Assembly (NCBI GenBank): GCA_024181965.1
Contig: BQXS01010082.1
Coordinates: forward strand, 1-40,897
Reading direction: 5' to 3'
Length of the DNA: 40,897 bases
Source of the DNA: Aduncisulcus paluster
Taxonomy: Eukaryota
The translations under genes were made by a program, and so were the position numbers. The notes under the pieces were generated by a model. That model worked only from the letters and a program-made list of their open reading frames with translations. It was not told the origin of the DNA and did no database searches. Of the stretch, positions 1 through 7,319 are shown piece by piece (the stretch's first letter is position 1; the number at the start of each line of letters is the position of its first letter).

Positions 1-215
1 AAAACATTTATGAACGATTTCAATGCTATTCAATAATATAGATATATCTGCTTTTCATTTCTATCCTTATCCTTGCTTTTCTGTTTATTTTCACTTGCTT
101 TTGCTTACAATCAAAAATATCAAGAACTCGGAATACGATGGTATACATATGTCTGTATACTGCTACGAATCTAATCCCCTGATGCTTCATGGAACATGAC
201 ATTTCCTCCTCCTCC

Positions 216-275
216 CCAACTCCAACTCCCGCTCCAACTCCAATTCCAACTCCAACTCTATATCCAATGCCAATT
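216..275 (+). repeat. Degenerate hexamer tandem repeat (CCAACT-like) x10
   Basis: ccaact ccaact cccgct ccaact ccaatt ccaact ccaact ctatat ccaatg ccaatt. Confidence 0.85.
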
Positions 276-279
276 CCTG

Positions 280-461
280 ATTATCAGTGGTTGGGATGAA
301 GCCTTTCTTACATTAAGTGTTGGTGAAAGAGCCACGATTGTAATCAAATCGATCCTGATTATGGTTATGGTGTCCATGCCACGGGCCGTGGAGCTGGCGA
401 TTCTATTCCACCTGATTCCACTCTCATATTTGATGTTGAATTATTAGGAATCAAGAAATAA
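280..461 (+). pseudogene. FKBP-type peptidyl-prolyl isomerase C-terminal half, frameshifted
   Basis: Reads ISGWDEAFLTLSVGERATIVI, then after a 5-nt duplication (aaatc, 346-350) a second frame gives DPDYGYG..GRGAGDSIPPDSTLIFDVELLGIKK*, the classic FKBP C-terminal motifs. The N-terminal half is not recognisable. Confidence 0.8.
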
Positions 462-753
462 CACCTGAAAAGAACAAACGAATTGATTTTTTTTGGTTTT
501 CAGATTTATTTTCTCTTGCTCAGAAATCAAAGTTCTCAAAATCAGTTAGAGAATCTCTTTCCAGGACAATAGTACAGTATAGTAATACATTGAATGCATT
601 GCATTCGACTTTCGTTTCCAACTCATAGGCCTATGACATAAGGATTTTGTCCAACAATCTAGAATAAAGACCCCGGAAATAAAAACAGGTGTTTTTATGA
701 TTCTTCACTCAATATTAGCATTTCATACCATTTCTTCAAGAAATTTTCTTGAA

Positions 754-1833
754 TTATTTCCATGGAAGCAGAGATAATTGTTCAGCTGCAATGGTTTCCT
801 CGGGCATAGTAAATACAAGGGAGTTGATCCAGAAATATCGACTTTTCTCCTCAGCCCACATTCCTTTCCCTTCAATCTCACACAATACAACATTATCCAA
901 GTCAATAGGAAGGAAGTGCCATTCATATTTATATTTGGGTTGTGTGAATTCATACTTCTTGGATGTCTTCTTGCCATCACAATCAGTGAAAGTGAAGAGA
1001 AGAGAGGGTGAACTATAAAATACATTCACAAAGATATAAGCACCTTTCATTGGACTAGGTGATGGGAAAGGGATGGAAAGATGGGATAAGCAAAGATCAT
1101 CTTTCCCTTTTAACATTTTTTGTGCGTCTGAACTTTGATCATAGCATTCAGATTCCTTACTCACCGAATCATTCTTGCACTTAATCATTGAGAACGAAGG
1201 ATCTACAAGCTTTGGATCATCACGTGGAATGGGAATAGATTTTCTACCACAAGATTCTTTATCTCCTTCCATAACAAACTTTGGTCTCATAACAGCAGTT
1301 TCATTCCATTCATCAGAAACGATGGCTTCTTCTGAAGTTTCTTCACGAAAAAAAACGAGAGAATTGATCTGAAAATCCTCTTCTTCCTTTCCTTTTCCTG
1401 TAATTTCACATAAAACAACATCAAAGAGATCAATAGGAAGAAAGAACCAACTATCCTCCTCTGATTCTGGAAATTCATATATCTTGGATGTTTGTTCACC
1501 ATTTGAAGAGGTGAAAGTGAACATAAGGTGGGATGGGGATGCTGAATCATAACAATATAAACAGATGTAAGCACCTTTGATTGATGAAGATGAAGAGAAA
1601 GGAATGGAGACATGAGTAAAACATCCACAACAATATTCTCCTTTCATTATCTTTTGTGCTTGAGAACTTCTATCATACCCTTTATCATCTTCTTCCTCGG
1701 TTGCATTAATAGCTTTTAGAACCAGAAAATCTGGAGCTTCAATATTGTTGGCATCCCTAGGAATTGGACAACAAGATTGATTCCCTTCATGAATGAATTC
1801 TGGCTTCACATAAAGAGATGAAAATGAGCTCAT
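754..1833 (-). CDS. Hypothetical protein with two tandem ~170-aa homologous beta-rich domains (lineage-expanded family)
   Basis: 359-aa ORF. Both halves share P.F..EG...PIPRD, YD.SS.AQK..KG, H.SIPF.S.S..KGAYI, FTFT...G..TSK.YEF, W.FLPIDL..VVLCEI.GKG and INSLVF. Confidence 0.85.
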   Translation of the reverse strand: MSSFSSLYVKPEFIHEGNQSCCPIPRDANNIEAPDFLVLKAINATEEEDDKGYDRSSQAQKIMKGEYCCGCFTHVSIPFSSSSSIKGAYICLYCYDSASPSHLMFTFTSSNGEQTSKIYEFPESEEDSWFFLPIDLFDVVLCEITGKGKEEEDFQINSLVFFREETSEEAIVSDEWNETAVMRPKFVMEGDKESCGRKSIPIPRDDPKLVDPSFSMIKCKNDSVSKESECYDQSSDAQKMLKGKDDLCLSHLSIPFPSPSPMKGAYIFVNVFYSSPSLLFTFTDCDGKKTSKKYEFTQPKYKYEWHFLPIDLDNVVLCEIEGKGMWAEEKSRYFWINSLVFTMPEETIAAEQLSLLPWK

Positions 1834-2094
1834 TAGCTTACTAAAGAATGAAATATTATTAAATGTTATTTAAAGATACACAACGTCGGAAATAAAGATA
1901 AATGAGTTACGTCCTATAAATCAATCCTCTCAATGAGAATTTATGGAGTTTATTCGGTAAATCCCGGTTTAGCCGGTTATTGAGCAAGACATGCTCCAAA
2001 CAAGAAAAAATAAAGACAAAAAGAAAATAATGGGCAAAAAACATATAGTCAGCAACAAATCATATAGAGTAGAGATTAAACCATTCTAATCAAT

Positions 2095-2132
2095 AGGTCA
2101 GTTGCCGAATACCCCAGTATTAATAAATGAAA
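2095..2132 (+). repeat. Left terminal inverted repeat (38 bp)
   Basis: Exact reverse complement of 3928-3965. Confidence 0.95.
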
Positions 2133-2344
2133 GAGATTTATTATGTTAATCGGGCCTGTTTATTCATAAATAACGACCGTTTTCGTTTGACTCCCGGTGA
2201 AATATGAAAACGGCAGGGATTAACGAAAACCCTCGGGTTTAACGCAGACGATCCACAACAATATGAAAACCCCTATGTTATTATGAAAAGGGTGAATTCG
2301 AAATTAAAAAGTCATATTTTATTAAAAAAATAAAAAAAATAGTT

Positions 2345-2596
2345 GTTGATCTCCGTAGTATGGTGGTAGACTGGTGTCCTCTTATTCCGCAAATCCTGGG
2401 TTCGAATCTCGTCATCGGCCAATTTCGAGTATAGAACTACCGTAAGTACCGGGCAAACGACACTACCCCAAAGGTCAGATTGACGGCTTGGATTATGAGA
2501 TGTCGTTTGTAGCCGACACTCGGAATTCTCATACTGCTCCAACCGTACGAACCATACTACAGCGTTAAGGGATCGCCTAAAAATCGTTGTTTTTTT
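2345..2596 (+). ncRNA. Putative Pol III ncRNA with tRNA-derived head (or SINE-like unit) inside the transposon
   Basis: A-box TAGTATGGTGG (2356-2366), B-box/T-arm GGGTTCGAATCTC (2398-2410), acceptor-like pairing GTTGAT/ATCGGC and CCA at 2419-2421. Several long helices follow (2355-2364/2551-2560, 2421-2430/2518-2527, 2454-2462/2501-2509), then a T7 run at 2590-2596. The anticodon arm is degenerate, so this is not a functional tRNA. Confidence 0.6.
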
Positions 2597-2878
2597 GCTT
2601 TTTGAAAATTTCTTTTTATTGGATACACTTTTTATTGGATTTAGAACAAAAAATTATTTTGGTGTTCTATTTTTAGAATTCTATTTTTAGAAATCACTTT
2701 TTTTATTTACACTATAAGCTTTGTAATATTCATTAGAATCCGATAATTCGAATTACTTAAGGAGATAGAACAATTTTTATTTATTCACCTGATTGACTCG
2801 ATGTTCCTCTCTGGGTAGCTGATACAGAAGTGGAAAGAAAGGACAAATCGGGATGTAAGACCTCTTGAGCTGTTTCAA

Positions 2879-3763
2879 CTATCCTTTCTTGTTGTCTTCT
2901 CCGTCTTCGGGCTGAAAAAATTGTTCAACGATCATTCGGTCAGCTGAGATGTCCTTCTGCCTTTGCCTCTCTGCCCCTCTGAGTCCACTTTTGTGTTCAG
3001 ATATAACAACTTTCACGCTATATGGTTCTAAATCGATTCCTCTATATGCCATATCCCCTAAAATGGCATTGCCCTGGAGATACTCTCTTAGGATATCGGC
3101 ATGTTCTATAAACATCGTTTTGTCATGGATGGACCCAACAAAACCAGCATAGACAAATCTAGCGATGCCTTTCACATCAGTTATTACTTCTGACTTTATG
3201 CCAAAGGCATTGTGTTTGTGACTATACCATTTCTTTTTTTCGTCCCACGTTCGGCATCCGAATGGGGAACATTTTTGGATCGTTCCGTCAACTACCAACT
3301 TTGCCTCGGGGACATGTCTGGCCGATGATGAATGAGGCCTAGTAATGAATTCTTCCCCAAGTTTTTCTTCCATAATACAGATTGTAAGGCCGAGAATTCG
3401 ACTTATCGTTGTATCACTCGTTTTAAGTGTTGTGGCTAGAGCTCTGCTATCACAACCACTTCTCAGTTTAATAAGTGTGATGAGGACTTGTTCTTCATCT
3501 GTGAACTTCTGTCTTGCACCCCTTTGTGGGCCGTCACGTAATGGGATTAAAAAAGAGAACACCAATCTACACTGGTCTTTTGAAAGGCCGAATGAACGTT
3601 TAAAAACTTCATCAAAATCCAATCTGTCCCTCAAGGCCCTACATTTCACATTCTTGAATTCATCTTCATCATCTTCACTAAGATCATCAGATGTTAGTCC
3701 ACTAACACCATCAAACAATTCTTCTTCGTCGTCAAGGTTATCAATAATTCCTGAAAATGACAT
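2879..3763 (-). CDS. DDE_Tnp_4 (Harbinger/ISL2EU-like) transposase with HTH domain, probably C-terminally disrupted
   Basis: HTH_Tnp_4-like EEQVLITLIKLRSG..TSDTTISRI. Catalytic motifs VVDGT, YSHKH..GIK, GSIHD, LGDMAYRG and RMIVEQFF. First ATG is at 3763 (the track starts at a TTG). Confidence 0.9.
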   Translation of the reverse strand: MSFSGIIDNLDDEEELFDGVSGLTSDDLSEDDEDEFKNVKCRALRDRLDFDEVFKRSFGLSKDQCRLVFSFLIPLRDGPQRGARQKFTDEEQVLITLIKLRSGCDSRALATTLKTSDTTISRILGLTICIMEEKLGEEFITRPHSSSARHVPEAKLVVDGTIQKCSPFGCRTWDEKKKWYSHKHNAFGIKSEVITDVKGIARFVYAGFVGSIHDKTMFIEHADILREYLQGNAILGDMAYRGIDLEPYSVKVVISEHKSGLRGAERQRQKDISADRMIVEQFFQPEDGEDNKKG

Positions 3764-3927
3764 TATTATAGTTTGCAAATAAAACAAGGGGTTTTCACAT
3801 TGTTTTGACCGTTTTCGTTAATCCTGCCGGTTTTCGTAATCGGCCAGCCGATAACGGTAACCGGCCATATTTTTGAATTAACAGGCGATTTTACGAATAA
3901 ACATATCCGATTTATATATAACACCTT

Positions 3928-3965
3928 TTTCATTTATTAATACTGGGGTATTCGGCAACTGACCT
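3928..3965 (-). repeat. Right terminal inverted repeat (38 bp)
   Basis: Exact reverse complement of 2095-2132. Confidence 0.95.
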
Positions 3966-3977
3966 AATGAGAATTTA

Positions 3978-4100
3978 TTTATTTATAGGACGCCGTCTGT
4001 TACGGCGTAACAGGTTCTCGCTAAATTTTTAATCACTAGGATTTTACGATAAATTGTTTCAGTAAAATTGGGTTTAATTTGCGAGATTTTTGGGTGTTTT
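3978..4100 (+). repeat. Dispersed ~110-bp hairpin-forming repeat, copy 1 (carries a 15-nt insertion)
   Basis: Near-identical to 27369-27476 and 27764-27871. Internal inverted repeats TCTCGC/GCGAGA and ATTTTAC/GTAAAAT. Confidence 0.85.
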
Positions 4101-4421
4101 ATTTAAATACAGAGAATATTGGTATGAGAAGAAATATGATTCATAGTGGATTAAAAAGAACATAATTTTGAACAATTTAATGAAATCTTTAACATACAGC
4201 GAAAAAGAAAGATGTCAATAAGTGTAGCGGGAGCAAGATCAATTTTGTTTCCAGAAGCTACATAGAAAATACAATATAATCTGATCATGAAAAGTCAAAC
4301 TTATATCATAGCTTTTATGATTTAGTTGAGCGTAAATGTTATTGAAGTAACTCCCCCTATAGCTGATTTCTCGGTTTTCGATTTTTGGTTTATTGCTGGT
4401 CAATTGAGATTATACATTATA

Positions 4422-6056
4422 TTATTGTATTGAATTGGAAGAATATACTTTAATTTGGTCAGAATAAGGAATTTTTGATTTCATTTCTTCCCTCTTTTTT
4501 CGACGCTCTCTCCGCTCTCTCTTTCTTCTCCTTTCCTTTCGTTCCCGAGCATTCACAGCAAGTTTCATCATTCCTCGAAGCATTAATTCATGTTCATATT
4601 TTCTCAAACCTGATAAAAATAGACTTGCTGTTGTGGAAATAGGTTTGCTGGAAGAAGAAGAGGAAATAAGGAGCCAAGCATCCGAAACTTCCTTCGGTGC
4701 AACTTTGATAAGTTTACCTACCCCAATTTCGCATTCTCTTCTCTTCCGCATGCATGGCAAGGCAGCTAACCTGGTCCTTCCAATGAGAGGTTGCCGACTT
4801 TCCACAAGACGACAAATACCAAGGATAAATTGAGTATCGCTCTGTCTTCTGAGAAAACGGAGCTTACTCGCTCTTCTCACATTCACACGGAGTTCATATA
4901 TTGATATTCTACAGAGATAAGCATTGTGACAGGAGGCGGCGAGGGAATACAACGATGCCATCCGAATACTATCCACTGTTCGAGTCTTCCACAACAGCAT
5001 GGCAGAACGTACGACCCGTTGCTTGTCATAATCTTCAGCAAGTCGGATCATCATCTTCAGGGAGGAATCAATTCGCTGGGATTCTTGCCAACTCTGCAGG
5101 GCCTTACGCATCAGCTGACGATTGGCAATAATGTCGGCCGATTGTTCTGCATGTTTCCGAGCAAGAGCAATTCGCCATTGATGAAGAAAAAACCTGATCT
5201 TTTGTCGCCGATAGACGAGCTGAGGAAAAGATTTCCGGAAAAACAGGGTCTCTTCTTGCCAAAGACGAAGCCAACGTCGCTGTTTCCATTGTCGAATCAT
5301 GCGAGATATATCCGACTGTCGTTTCCACAGATGGACGGAATTTCTCACTAAACTAATTGACCGGAAAGAATCTGCAGTTTCTTGTTTTTGATGGAGAGAA
5401 TCCAAGGCTTCTCTAAAACCCTTTATAATAATCTCTCGTTCTCTATTCTCTCTTTTATGAATAAATTCTTTGATTTTAATTCTTTTTTCAGTGTTTCGGC
5501 TCCACAGAGAAAGAGCCCGATAAAGTGTCATATTATGGAAAAAAATATCAGCAGCCTCGTTCAAAATGTCCTGTTCCTCCGGATTTATGTGATATCTAAT
5601 GGCATGTGATCGAATCTGATGAAAAGCCATTCGTCGAAGAACTAACATCCCACGAATGTGTGCAACCCGAGCTCTGGCACGTTTAAGAAAATGAATACGC
5701 CAAAGAAGGAGAGCTTTCATTTGTAATTTCAAAAAGTATATAGGTTTCCTGCATGTTCCCTCACTACGCAGAATATGAATATATTCTATAAGATGTCCTA
5801 ATTGTTTTCTTGTAATTTGTATAGCTTCGGTATGAGTTCGAATTAAATTGGATAATGAACTAATTCGATCGGATTTTTCATGAAGAACAATCCCAGAACT
5901 ACTTATGGCCACTGGTTTTGTGGGCTATGTACAAATTTCAAATTAACAATATCAAAACCATCAAATAAAGCAAAAATTTATATGAAATATTTAAAAAATG
6001 TTAATACATACATTATTATACATAGATGAGTGAGCAAAATATCGAAATTTAGCCAT
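4422..6056 (-). CDS. Sfi1-like centrin-binding repeat protein; spliced join(6012-6056, 4422-5924)
   Basis: Repeated basic helices ending in W (RALSLWS, RNSVHLWK, RFFLHQWR, RKALQSWQ, RSAMLLWK) are typical of Sfi1 repeats. A GTATGT...TAG intron at 5925-6011 joins ATG 6056 in frame (MAKFRYFAHSSMYNN/PTKPVAI). A further upstream exon is possible. Confidence 0.7.
5925..6011 (-). other. Spliceosomal intron (87 nt)
   Basis: GTATGT donor, ...TACATAG acceptor, AT-rich, restores an in-frame ATG. Confidence 0.7.
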
Positions 6057-6338
6057 CTCATCCTCTACAAAAAAAGATTACAAAAAGCATTCATATTTAA
6101 TATGTTGAAGCAATATTGTTAAATAAATTTTTATTAAAATTCAACAGCTCATCCAATAGAACGAGATATCAATCGAATTCCATTTGGCACTATTGGCAAG
6201 TAATATAGAAACAAAAATAAATAAAAAATAGGAATCATTCATAATATATTTTAAAAATGCTGAAGTTACTTGTATTTTCCAACGATAGCCTAATTAGAGA
6301 TTCAAAAAACGGTTTGCAACACAAATTAAAAGATTTTC

Positions 6339-7049
6339 ATGTCTTCAACTCAAGGAGGATTAACAATATATCCTACTAAAGTTGAATTTGGGAATGTCAA
6401 ATATCAAAAGCATTATGCATGTCGATTATGGGTAACGATGCGAAAAGGTGCCTTATTTTCTAAGAAATTTACTGTAACTGTTCCATCTGGTTCATTACTA
6501 AAACTTCGTGTTGAAAGCAGTGGAAATATTTTTAAAGTTTCTGTTTGTTTACATGTTTTGTTCAGAGGTCAATATTATGATGAAATTACAATGAAATCTG
6601 ATTGTCAGACATTTAAAATACCTGTATCTGCATATGAAGATATGGAAGTATCCCCTCATTCATCAATGAATGAATTCCTTTCAGTTTTGTCTTCGATGAA
6701 TGCCGAGATTAAAGCGTTGAAATCTGAAATACACGATCTCCATGAAGAAAAGAAGCTTTGTGATTCAATGAAACAGAGATATATAGAGAATTCTGAAAAA
6801 ATACGACGATATGAATCCATGTTGAAGGATTCATCCTCTTCTTCAAAGCCTCAAGACATCCTTTCAAAATCTTCCCCAATTCATCTACCTTCGCGAGATC
6901 CTGAGAAATCAATATTAGAAGACACCAAAATGAGTGCTGAATCGTATCTTGGAGAGATTTCGAAGAAGAGAAAAGGATCAACAGTGGGTTCGCTTGGAAC
7001 CATGATATTTGACACAGAAAAACATATCTGGAAAAAGAAAATAGAATAA
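6339..7049 (+). CDS. Hypothetical protein: N-terminal Ig-like (ASH/MSP-type) domain plus coiled coil
   Basis: 236 aa. N-terminus IYPTKVEFGNV...FKIPVSA resembles ASH/PapD-like domains; central heptad coiled coil. Confidence 0.65.
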   Translation: MSSTQGGLTIYPTKVEFGNVKYQKHYACRLWVTMRKGALFSKKFTVTVPSGSLLKLRVESSGNIFKVSVCLHVLFRGQYYDEITMKSDCQTFKIPVSAYEDMEVSPHSSMNEFLSVLSSMNAEIKALKSEIHDLHEEKKLCDSMKQRYIENSEKIRRYESMLKDSSSSSKPQDILSKSSPIHLPSRDPEKSILEDTKMSAESYLGEISKKRKGSTVGSLGTMIFDTEKHIWKKKIE

Positions 7050-7319
7050 GTTGCAATAATTTTATTAAAACCATATTTATATTATCAAGGAATACATAGA
7101 TAATGATCTATTATTTCTTTATTTCATTGAGAGTTTGAAAGCCTTAATTAGTCTATTAGAAGCTTAAACCCATTATATTTTGAATCATCGATATGCAGAA
7201 TCAGTATATTGCTCATTATTGCACCGATGCAAATTATTAAAATTCACCAATAATTCATAATTTATATTGGTATCGGGAAATTTTGAAATATAAATAAAAA
7301 ACAAGACCTTCGAAGACCT

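Larger units (their letters stand above)
2095..3965 (-). mobile_element. PIF/Harbinger-ISL2EU (PHIS, IS5-related) DNA transposon
   Basis: Perfect 38-bp TIRs (2095-2132 / 3928-3965, AGGTCAGTTGCCGAATACCCCAGTATTAATAAATGAAA). Flanked by AAT direct repeats (2092-2094 / 3966-3968); alternatively a TA duplication with ends 2096/3964. Encodes a DDE_Tnp_4 transposase. Confidence 0.93.

Noticed and set aside
2345-2421. Functional tRNA gene
   Set aside because: The anticodon stem is poorly paired, the acceptor 5' strand is offset by ~4 nt and the T-stem has a mismatch; only promoter boxes and a tRNA-like outline remain.
2312-2542. 76-aa minus-strand ORF as the transposon's second protein
   Set aside because: TTG start, no Myb/SANT or nuclease motif, and it is antisense to the A/B-box unit.
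2421-2580. Known RNA classes (hammerhead/HDV ribozyme, RNase P/MRP, SRP, group II intron domain V, Fanzor omega-RNA)
   Set aside because: No hammerhead CUGANGA/GAAA core, no P4 partner for AAAGGUC and no intact SRP helix 8. DV-like words on the minus strand are in the wrong order, and there is no TnpB/Fanzor ORF. Judged by eye only; an Rfam search is still needed.
2612-2692. Short tandem pairs (CTTTTTATTGGAT x2, TTCTATTTTTAGAA x2) as a CRISPR-like array
   Set aside because: Only two copies each and no real spacers; slippage duplications in an AT-rich terminator region.
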